From the NCBI GenBank assembly GCA_017459135.1, contig JAFSZR010000050.1:1-47084 (forward strand): a DNA stretch of 47,084 nt. The letters are read 5' to 3'. Made by a program: the position numbers and the translations under genes. The DNA is from Lachnospiraceae bacterium (GTDB taxonomy: Bacteria; Bacillota; Clostridia; Lachnospirales; Lachnospiraceae). The notes under the pieces are model-generated. The model did not search any database. It was not told where the DNA came from and worked only from the letters and a program-made list of their open reading frames with translations. Shown piece by piece: positions 19,529 to 28,300 of the stretch (position 1 is its first letter; every line of letters begins with the position of its first letter).

Positions 19529-19557
19529 TTGCATTTATCGTCATTTTATAATAAAAT
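19529..19557 (+). promoter_or_regulatory. Sigma-A promoter of the cytidylate-kinase-like gene
   Basis: TTGCAT-N17-TAAAAT. Confidence 0.55.
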
Positions 19558-19642
19558 TAGGTTATGGTATGTGGGCATTCGGACTTTGTCAACACCTGTG
19601 TCGGTGCCACCTCATGCCGGTAGTTAGATTGGGGGGATTACT

Positions 19643-20182
19643 ATGGCAAATCAGATTATTATTACCATCAGCAGAGAATACGGTAGCGGCGGACACGAAA
19701 TAGCCAAAGAGATAGCAGATCATTTCGGTTTTACTATGTATGACAGAAATGCTCTCGACGAAATGGCAAAGGAACAACCGGACATGAGCATAAACGTCCT
19801 TGAAGAACTCCAGTTTGACTACATAAAAAATAAAGCCGCAGAACGAGAGTCTTTCGTTGTTGTAGGACGTTGTGCGGAGGAAATCTTAAAGGACAGATAC
19901 AATATTATAAGTATATTTGTAACCGCTGACCTCGAAGACCGCATCAAACGTGTAATGCGTAAATACAATATCGAATCGGAAGGCGAGGCAACCAACAAGA
20001 TAAAGCGTCACGACCGCACAAGAAGAAATTATCATAACAGCCACTCAGAATCAGAGTGGAGCGACGCAACCACTTACGACCTTACGATAAACAGCAGCCG
20101 CCTCGGAATCGAAGGCACAACGCAATTCTTAATTGATTACATAGAACTTATCAATAACAAAAAAATCGCTGCGACTAAATAA
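19643..20182 (+). CDS. Cytidylate kinase-like family protein
   Basis: ITISREYGSGG P-loop variant, VVVGRCA, YDLTINS. Confidence 0.9.
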   Translation: MANQIIITISREYGSGGHEIAKEIADHFGFTMYDRNALDEMAKEQPDMSINVLEELQFDYIKNKAAERESFVVVGRCAEEILKDRYNIISIFVTADLEDRIKRVMRKYNIESEGEATNKIKRHDRTRRNYHNSHSESEWSDATTYDLTINSSRLGIEGTTQFLIDYIELINNKKIAATK

Positions 20183-20185
20183 TAT

Positions 20186-20223
20186 AAAAAAGTGTCATGA
20201 GAAAATTTCTCTGACACTTTTTT
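20186..20223 (+). terminator. Intrinsic terminator
   Basis: AAAAAAGTGTCA...TGACACTTTTT inverted repeat immediately after the stop codon. Confidence 0.75.
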
Positions 20224-20226
20224 ATT

Positions 20227-20259
20227 TTTAAGCTTCACTTAAGGTTCTTATTGTATGTT
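20227..20259 (+). promoter_or_regulatory. OmpR-family (CiaR-box-like) direct repeat and -10 element
   Basis: TTTAAG-N5-CTTAAG, then 10 bp, then TATGTT. Confidence 0.45.
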
Positions 20260-20302
20260 ATAAGCACAAAAGGTAATTAACCATTTATAAGGAGGAATTT
20301 TT

Positions 20303-22114
20303 ATGCTTAGAACATCCAAAAGAAAAAAAACATTTTTTTCCATGGCAACAGCTTTAGTTATAGCTCTGTCTCTCTTTTGCTATACAGGATTAGATGTAAT
20401 TAAAAGCTTAGCCGCGGACAACACATTTACCTTTTACGATTCAGGAATAACAACCTCCTCAACCGGAGACAATTATTCAATAGACGGTACTGTTCTAACC
20501 ATTACCGCCGCCGGAACTTATGAAATAACCGGCTCATGCAGTGAAGGACAGATTGTGGTAAAAAAAGGGGTAACAAATGTAACACTTATTTTAAACGGCC
20601 TTTCTCTCAGTTGTTCGACCTCAGCACCTATCGTTATAAAAAAAGAGAGCAGCGTAACTATAGATATTGAGGGAACAAACACTCTTACCGATTCTGAAAA
20701 TCCTGATAATGAAGACAGTGCAGATGCCGACATTGCAGACGCATTTGAAGGAGCCGCTATAAAGGTCAAAAGCAACTCATCACTTACACTAACCGGAAGC
20801 GGTACACTTAACGTAAATGCTTCCGCATGCAAAAACGGAATTAAGGGTGCTGAAAGTGCTACGATAACCATTGAAAACGGAACCTACAATGTAAATGCAG
20901 CCAGTAACGGTATAGCTTCCGACGGAAGCCTTATCTTAAACGGTGGTACGATAAATGTAACAGCAGTCAATGATGGACTTAAGGCAAAGCCTGATGAAGA
21001 TGACACAACCAGTGCAGGAATAGTCACCATAAACGGCGGAACAATCTCAATTAATGTCGGCGGAGAAGGTATAGAAGGTGAAACCGTTAACATCAATGGT
21101 GGCACAGTAAATATCAAAGCAGCGGACGATGGAATAAATGCCGCTACCGAAAGGTCTGTAACTGATTTATCAATAAATATAACCGGCGGAAGTCTCTATA
21201 TAGATGCTGACTGCGACGGTCTCGATTCCAACGGCACGATAAATGTATCAGGCGGTGTTACAAATGTATTTGGTTCATCACAAAATGATAATTGTGCAAT
21301 AGATTATGGTGACAACAGCACATGGACTATAACCGGTGGTACAATATTGGGAGTAGGTACATCCGGCATGGCTACAACTCCAACAAGCGGAATCTATGTT
21401 GCATTTGGTTCATCAGGCATGGGTGGCGGCATGAACCAGATGGGTGGAATGACTTCATCATCAATTTCCCTGACTGCCGGCAGTTCGATTGTCATCAAGA
21501 ATTCATCCGGAAACACCATTTACAGTGCAACAGCAACCAAAAGTGCAAACCACATAGTATTTTCATCTCCTGACATAACCTCAGGCGACAGTTATTCATT
21601 ATATATTAACAGAACTTTGGTCTCAACATCAACAGCAACAACAGGAAACGGCAACAGCATGCAGCCGGGTATGAACAATCAGCCGGGTAGCGGTATGCAG
21701 CCGGACACTAACAATCAGCCGGGTGGCGGTATGCAGCCGGGTGGCAATATGCAACCACCGGAGAATACTTATACGCAGGAAAACACATCAAATACAACCT
21801 CAAATGTAATTAAGGGTATATGTCAGATGCCATGGTGGGGCGAAGGCGGCGGATACCTTATAGGCATTGAAAGTTATGATAATCCAAATCAGTCATACAG
21901 TTACGAATTACTTATACTCGATTGTACACTTTTAAGAGATGGAAAAGATGCCTGGATATATTCGACAGGAAGATGTAATGTATCGGAAGGAAATGCATTC
22001 TGGGCAATCTGGCAGCCTCAATACGGATACTACTGGACACTCTTTAGAGTGTACGACGAAAACGGAAACATCATCGGTCAGGAATGTTATGGATTCGCAA
22101 ACGTATGTTGGTAA
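20303..22114 (+). CDS. Secreted carbohydrate-binding beta-helix protein (Cthe_2159/DUF4353-like) with G/M/Q/P linker and conserved C-terminal domain
   Basis: Signal peptide; ITAAGTYEITG, GTNTLTD, DDGINA, DGLDSNG, AIDY motifs; AAGGAGG SD. Confidence 0.85.
   Translation: MLRTSKRKKTFFSMATALVIALSLFCYTGLDVIKSLAADNTFTFYDSGITTSSTGDNYSIDGTVLTITAAGTYEITGSCSEGQIVVKKGVTNVTLILNGLSLSCSTSAPIVIKKESSVTIDIEGTNTLTDSENPDNEDSADADIADAFEGAAIKVKSNSSLTLTGSGTLNVNASACKNGIKGAESATITIENGTYNVNAASNGIASDGSLILNGGTINVTAVNDGLKAKPDEDDTTSAGIVTINGGTISINVGGEGIEGETVNINGGTVNIKAADDGINAATERSVTDLSINITGGSLYIDADCDGLDSNGTINVSGGVTNVFGSSQNDNCAIDYGDNSTWTITGGTILGVGTSGMATTPTSGIYVAFGSSGMGGGMNQMGGMTSSSISLTAGSSIVIKNSSGNTIYSATATKSANHIVFSSPDITSGDSYSLYINRTLVSTSTATTGNGNSMQPGMNNQPGSGMQPDTNNQPGGGMQPGGNMQPPENTYTQENTSNTTSNVIKGICQMPWWGEGGGYLIGIESYDNPNQSYSYELLILDCTLLRDGKDAWIYSTGRCNVSEGNAFWAIWQPQYGYYWTLFRVYDENGNIIGQECYGFANVCW
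21659..21760 (+). repeat. 36-bp imperfect coding tandem repeat (about 2.8 copies)
   Basis: Encodes MQPGMNNQPGSG / MQPDTNNQPGGG / MQPGGNMQPP. Confidence 0.85.
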
Positions 22115-22501
22115 TACCGTTACCGGATACAGGGTATAGTGACTACAATTACTATTTAAAAATGGGCTGTGCCTCGCACAGCCCATTTTATACTTTTAAT
22201 ATACATTAACAAAACCAAAGCATTCTTCATCAAGCACATTTCCACTTTCATCATACACTCTGTACAAGGTCCAGTAATATCCATATTCCGGTTGCCATAC
22301 TGTCCAGAATGTATTTCCTTCAGCTAATGCGCATTTACCTGTTGAGTATATCCATGCGTCCTTTCCTTGAGCATAAAGTGTACAATCAAGTATAAGTACT
22401 TCATATCGATATGATTGATTTGGATTACCTTTTGTTTCAAAGCCTATCAAATATCCTCCGCCTTCACCGGTATAAGGTACCTGGCAAATATTTTTAATAA
22501 C
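21806..22501. repeat. Inverted pair of 300-bp paralogous C-terminal-domain sequences (21806..22105 + and 22202..22501 -)
   Basis: Ungapped manual alignment: 71 of 100 aa identical, 4 conserved Cys, many synonymous DNA differences. Confidence 0.95.
22159..22189. terminator. Bidirectional terminator between the convergent secreted-protein genes
   Basis: 14-bp perfect stem AAAATGGGCTGTGC/GCACAGCCCATTTT. Confidence 0.9.
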
Positions 22502-25165
22502 TTTATATACTACACCGGTTGCTTCGGATATAAGCGAGTTTTCATTGCCAACTACTCTCGCCTGGCACACTACGATATAATTTCCGGCTTTTTCAGGTGT
22601 CCAGTTAAGCCATTCATTGTTCTTTGTCCAAGGACTAACTTCAAACCATGCTTCAGGATTTTTCTCATTACATGCAATCCATCTGAACTCTACATCGTCA
22701 GCATTATTGCTCTTTTCATATACAAGACCGGCTACAATTGAAGGATAGTCCTGCTCAACATATATTCCCTTAGATTGTACTGTACCACTTGAAACAGGCG
22801 GTTTTACTTCCTCATTCTTTGCTTCAACCGATACTTTTAATACTTCTCCGGCATTTTTTTCATTGGTTCCCGCATATCTTATCTGTACTTCGCCCACAGG
22901 AAGTCCGCTTATAGTCTTCTTTCCGGCAGGTACCTTTGTCCATGTATGTCCTCCGTCTGTGGAGTATTCCATGGTGTCATCTACGCCACTTATCGAACCG
23001 TCTGACTTACCTTTTCCGCTTGTCTTCGCAACTGTTAACTTATCAGAATCAGGTGCAGCCTGATTTGTCTTTGTTCCAACGGTTACTGTCGTTGACGGAC
23101 TCGGATTGGTATCGTCATCACCTTTGTAACGGATTAATACATCGCCCGCTTTTACAGATATAGGATTGGTTCCGTCAGGTACTGTAGTCCACGTCGTTCC
23201 TCCGTCTGTAGAATATTCCAGCTTATCGGTTTCATCTCCCGTACCGTCGTAGCCTGAAATGGTTATCGTTCCATCTGCCGTTTCATCATCTGTCGCCTTA
23301 GTTACTGTCAAATCTGTTAATGCGGGTCCGGCTTCATGACTATTGGCATTTTTAGTTCCTATGGTTACTATCACAGGCTCACTCGGGTTCTTATCATCAG
23401 TTCCTGCATAACGTATCTTTACATCACCTGCAGGAAGTCCTTCTATCTTTGTCGCTCCCGAAGCTACAGGTGTCCACGTATCACCATTATCATCCGAGTA
23501 TTCCAATGTACCGGTATCCGTTCCTGACCCCTGCTCATCTGAAATTATTATCGTTCCGTCGTCTGACGTATTATCAGATGCTTTGGTTGCCGTAAATGTA
23601 AATACATCTGTCGGAGGATTTTGATTTGTCTTTACTCCTATGGTTACATCAACAGCAGGACTCGGATTATTTGTATTGGTACCCTTCTTACGTATCTTAA
23701 CTGTTGCAGGTGTATCTGTTGTTCCACCTAAAAGACCTGTTATACTTGTTTTACCTTCCTCAACAGATGTCCACGTATTTCCACCGTCTGTTGAATATTC
23801 CATCGTATCATCAACACCGCTTATAACTCCGTCAGCAGCCGTATCACTTGATGCCTTGGTAACTGTAAAGCTATCTGCGCTCGGTGCAGTCTGGTCTTCC
23901 TTAACACCAATGGTCAATGTAATCGGTTCACTTGCAACCTTTACTTCTTCTGTACCCGTACCCGTTTCTTTTGTACGGATAAGTACTTCTCCTTTACCGA
24001 GAGGACTTATGGAACTCATTGTATCTGTTATATCGTTCCAGTTTTCTCCGTTATCGGTTGAATACTCAAACTTGGTATAATCAGTTCCCGGATTAGGCTC
24101 CGAACCTGAAGATGAAGCCAAATCCGTAAACTTTATCTCTCCATCAGCTGCATTTTCAGCACTTACATAAACCGCTTCAAATAACGTTTCGTCAGGTTTT
24201 TCATTTATGTTTTCCGCTGCAGCTATAGCTACAGTATAAGTCTTTACTTCGCTGTCTTCAAAATGAGTTGGATCATTACTTACATACTTTGCATATACCG
24301 TATATTCGCCTGAATTTCTTCCCTGCGGAATAGTTTCACTCCAGTTTTCACCATCTGTGCTGTATTTAAGCGTATATCCTTCCGGTGCAGTTGTCTGTAC
24401 AGGTGCAATCAGTAAATTCTGGTTACTTCCTGTATATTTAAGACCTTCATCATTAGTTCCCTTATTTACTGTCGGCCAGTAATCATCACCTAAATCGGAC
24501 GGAAATGCTGCTTTTACAATCTTAAACTTCCATGCATCATTTCCAAGCGGAGTATCTCCCGTACCGGCATAATTAGTTCCTTCAGCTACGGAAAGCTTAA
24601 CAACATACTCACCTAATTCGGTAGGTACTCCGGTTGTTAATTCATCTAACTCTCCGGTTTCCTCATTAACCTTGTAATATTTTACGGTAACATCACCTAC
24701 ACCGGTTGCTGTTGAAGTAACTTCTGCAGTCCATCCGGCACTGCCGTAAGGAATTTCAATCTCCTCACCGGATTCTTTCTCAACCAGCTCTATCTTTGTT
24801 GTTCCTGTTGTTCCAGATTTAATCTTTACCGTAAATATACCACCGGTCAAAGCTTCCTTTGAAATAGTAAGCTTACCCTTAGTAAATGCAATAGTATAAT
24901 TGGAATTTACAGCAAGACTTCCCTGCAAGATGTCGTATTCACCAACATCCTCACCTGCCTCGCGGCTAAGTGTTGTATTGGTAAATACATCATCTCTTGT
25001 TTCTCCTTCTACAATACCCTCAACCGTAAATGTAAGCTCAGGGTCATCCTTTCCGAAAATCTTAGACTTATTATCAGCAGTTACCGTAAGCTCTTTTGGC
25101 TCTATGGTAAGAACTGCAGTTCCTTCAACATCAAGAGTCGGTTCGGTTGAATAATCAGGATACAT
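22196..25165 (-). CDS. C-terminal part of the giant adhesin: MBG-like domain, five ~90-aa EYS(T/D)DxGxxW repeats, Y_Y_Y-like domain, conserved C-terminal domain
   Basis: LTVTADNKSKIFGKDDPELTF; five EYSxDxGxxW units; WTPEKAGNY; C-terminal domain shared with 20303..22114. Confidence 0.7.
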   Translation of the reverse strand: MYPDYSTEPTLDVEGTAVLTIEPKELTVTADNKSKIFGKDDPELTFTVEGIVEGETRDDVFTNTTLSREAGEDVGEYDILQGSLAVNSNYTIAFTKGKLTISKEALTGGIFTVKIKSGTTGTTKIELVEKESGEEIEIPYGSAGWTAEVTSTATGVGDVTVKYYKVNEETGELDELTTGVPTELGEYVVKLSVAEGTNYAGTGDTPLGNDAWKFKIVKAAFPSDLGDDYWPTVNKGTNDEGLKYTGSNQNLLIAPVQTTAPEGYTLKYSTDGENWSETIPQGRNSGEYTVYAKYVSNDPTHFEDSEVKTYTVAIAAAENINEKPDETLFEAVYVSAENAADGEIKFTDLASSSGSEPNPGTDYTKFEYSTDNGENWNDITDTMSSISPLGKGEVLIRTKETGTGTEEVKVASEPITLTIGVKEDQTAPSADSFTVTKASSDTAADGVISGVDDTMEYSTDGGNTWTSVEEGKTSITGLLGGTTDTPATVKIRKKGTNTNNPSPAVDVTIGVKTNQNPPTDVFTFTATKASDNTSDDGTIIISDEQGSGTDTGTLEYSDDNGDTWTPVASGATKIEGLPAGDVKIRYAGTDDKNPSEPVIVTIGTKNANSHEAGPALTDLTVTKATDDETADGTITISGYDGTGDETDKLEYSTDGGTTWTTVPDGTNPISVKAGDVLIRYKGDDDTNPSPSTTVTVGTKTNQAAPDSDKLTVAKTSGKGKSDGSISGVDDTMEYSTDGGHTWTKVPAGKKTISGLPVGEVQIRYAGTNEKNAGEVLKVSVEAKNEEVKPPVSSGTVQSKGIYVEQDYPSIVAGLVYEKSNNADDVEFRWIACNEKNPEAWFEVSPWTKNNEWLNWTPEKAGNYIVVCQARVVGNENSLISEATGVVYKVIKNICQVPYTGEGGGYLIGFETKGNPNQSYRYEVLILDCTLYAQGKDAWIYSTGKCALAEGNTFWTVWQPEYGYYWTLYRVYDESGNVLDEECFGFVNVY

Positions 25166-25354
25166 CGGATTCTCAACTGTAGTTTTATATTCTATCTCAT
25201 ATGTTCCCGCATCCTTATATGAAGGTGGAGTAGCACCCCAGGTCGTGCCATCAGCCTGTAAAAATGTTACATCAACATCAGCATCAGGAGTATAATCAAG
25301 TGTCTGCTGCTGTCCATTATAGATAACGGTAGTATCGCCTACAGAAGTGATATA

Positions 25355-28300
25355 TCAGTCAAGAGTAATATTTCCTGTAAAGTTATCACCTATACCTCTT
25401 AATGTTATGGTATGCTTACCCTTATCATTTGCAGTAGTTTCACCCGAAATCTCAAAATCTGTACCGGCGATACATGTATAACCTTCTCCCTTAAATACAG
25501 GAGTTGGAGAATGGTCATTACCATCCCAGCTAAAGCTTACATTATTAAGTACGAAAGGCGTGTTTGAAAGTCTTCTCTTGCTGATTGTAAGTGTACCTGT
25601 TTCATAAGCAACATTATAATTACCCTGTTCTGCCTCTCCTGAAGCAGTGATTGTATAAGCTCCGGCATCTGAATTTTCAACTGCGTCACAGGATAAGTTA
25701 TAGACAATCACACTTTCAGCATCATTATTTTTAAGACCGCTAACACTTGCGGTAAGTTCAGGATTACCATCTCCGTAAATCTTGCTCTTATTAGCTGCCT
25801 TAACAGTAACATTTGCCTTATTTATCGTGAAAGTACCCGTTACATATGTTACATTACAACCATCTATAGTATCCGGTCCGGTAACGTTTATAGCATATGT
25901 TCCTGCATTTTCACCCTCTGCACGGCTTAAGGTGAAATTTATTCCTTCTACATCAGCAGTCGAAGGAGATACACTAAACGTGAATTCATCAGGATCGGAT
26001 TCTCCGTAAATCTTAGACATATCGTCAGCAGTTATGGTTATCGTTTGAGGTACTATTTCCCATGTACCATATAAGGTGCCGCTGTAATTTCCCTTAAAGT
26101 CAAATCTTACGGTATGGGAACCAACTGCAATCGCACTTGTATCACGTGAGACTGTATAATCCGTATCAATTACAAGTTCTGTTGCCTCTGTATCGCCGGC
26201 AAGTAATGATGTAACCGTAATAGTCGGTGTTATCTCACTACCGGTGTATTCATATTTTCCTGCTTCAAGTCCTGTGTCGTTACCGAAAACTATATCACCG
26301 TCCGTAACAGCTTTAGGTGATATTGTAAATGCCTTTTCAGTAATTGATGTATCATTCGGCAAAGTATAGTTATTATTTGAAAGTGCACTTGCCGTAGCAG
26401 TATAATTTCCTACATTTGTCTGCTCACCCGAAACAGTTACTGTACATATATCTCCCTCAACAAGTCCGGTTGCGGTTGCGGTAGGTGCCTGATTTTTACC
26501 ATTGAATGTAAAGCTGTTCGTTCCCCAATCTATGCCAACCACTTTTTTATTGATTGTCGCGGTAGCCGTTGTCTGTTGACCGCTTGCTGCAAGCTGGTAA
26601 TCATTGATGCTGTCTCCGCCTAAAGTAATTTCGGCTATATTTACAGTTTTATTTTCAGCAGCGTTTGCATCAGTAAATGTTCCTGTTGCAGTAACAGTCA
26701 GACGGTCACCTTCTACTATTCCACCATAAGTAACATCACTATAATCAAGTTCAGCGGCTGTACCTGCATCATAAGTTTTATCATTCGCCTTAATGCCTGA
26801 TATCGTTATATCTTTTTTCTTTATGGTAACATCAAGGCTTGAAACAGCAACATCTTCATAATTACTGTTACCTGCAACCTTATAATATACTGTATAAGTT
26901 CCGGCATGCATTACATTCGGTACAACTTCATTATAGTCATCATCACTTGGAGCCGCTGCACCTTTTTCCGTCATTGCATATAATAATGTTCCACCGGAAG
27001 CTGTACCCGATGTAACAAGCGCCTGTTCAGTTTTATTATATGTAAGGTCTTTTGCAGCAAGTCCGGTAATATTCGGAGTTGCCTTTGTTATCTTAAACTC
27101 CGCACTTGTATATGCAATGTTATAATTATCGCCTGCCGTAAGAGTACCCTGTGTAATGGAATATGTTCCGACATCAGAACCATCCTCACGAGACAGCTCG
27201 CCTGTAAAGCTATCTCCATTTATCAATCCATCGTAAGTATATGTCAACGCAGGATCAGCAGTACCATATATCTTGGTCTTATCATCTGCAGTAACTGTTA
27301 ATGCCTTAGCCGTAATATTCGCGGTGGTGGTTGTCTGCTGACCACTACTTGCAAGCTTATAATTGCCTGCACTTGTACCGCCGAGAGTAAGATTGCTTAT
27401 TGTGACCGTCTTACCTGTACCGACATTCATGTCGTTAAATGTACCTATGGCAGACACGGTCAATGCATCTCCCGAAAGAAGCCCGTTAAATGATGCTCCG
27501 CTTGTATCCAAAGTCGCCGCAGTGCTTCGGTCATAAACCTTATTTCCTGCCGTGATACCCGATACGGTTATATCTTTTTTATTAATCGTCACGGTAACAG
27601 TTGAGTCCTTTGTTCCACTATTGTAATTATCATTACCTGCCGCTGTTGCACGCACTACCACCGTATATGTACCGGCAGGTGTATTTGCAGCCACCGTAAG
27701 ATTTGATCCGCTTAATGAAAAATATTCCACTGCCGTATTTGAACTGTTTTTCTGACTGTTAATAGCATAGCTTAACGTGCCTTGATTATTTGATGCAGAA
27801 CTAAGCATCAGCATCTGAGATGTATTGCTGTAGGTACCGGTTGCTAACTGTGTATCATTGTATTTCAACGGGTTTGCCGCTTTACTAACAGTCACAGATA
27901 CGCTACCTGAAAGTGCAGTATAATTAGTAGTACTATCTACTTTATATTCAACAGTATATGTTCCGGCATTCTTAACACTTGGAACAGTTGAAGAATAACT
28001 CGAATATGAACCATTATCTTTTTTGTATCGATAAGTAATAGAACCATACGCAGCAACCGGCACCGTTTTTAACAATGCTTTAGATGTATCATTAAATGTC
28101 CAGTCATCCTGTTTGACTGCACTTGTAGTCCATGAATTAGTAGCCTGATTAATACTTGACGTAAGACAGCTTGCAGTTACTGCATAATAACCGCTAGTCT
28201 GATTAATTCTCCACCAAACATAATAAGTACCCTTATTGGTTTCTGAAGGTACCGTTTCACTCCATCCTGAAGTCGGTGCAGTTCCATCATCTTCTCCAAG

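Noticed and set aside
21659-21760. CRISPR-like 36-bp periodicity
   Set aside because: Tandem in-frame coding repeats without unique spacers; no cas genes
21806-22501. Diversity-generating retroelement TR/VR pair or invertible shufflon
   Set aside because: Differences are not adenine-specific, many are synonymous, both copies are coding, and no reverse transcriptase or recombinase is in the window
25355-25357. Selenocysteine codon or alternative genetic code
   Set aside because: Position aligns with Trp rather than Cys, no convincing SECIS hairpin follows, and TGA terminates other genes (e.g. 851..2554, 7019..8419) while Trp is TGG
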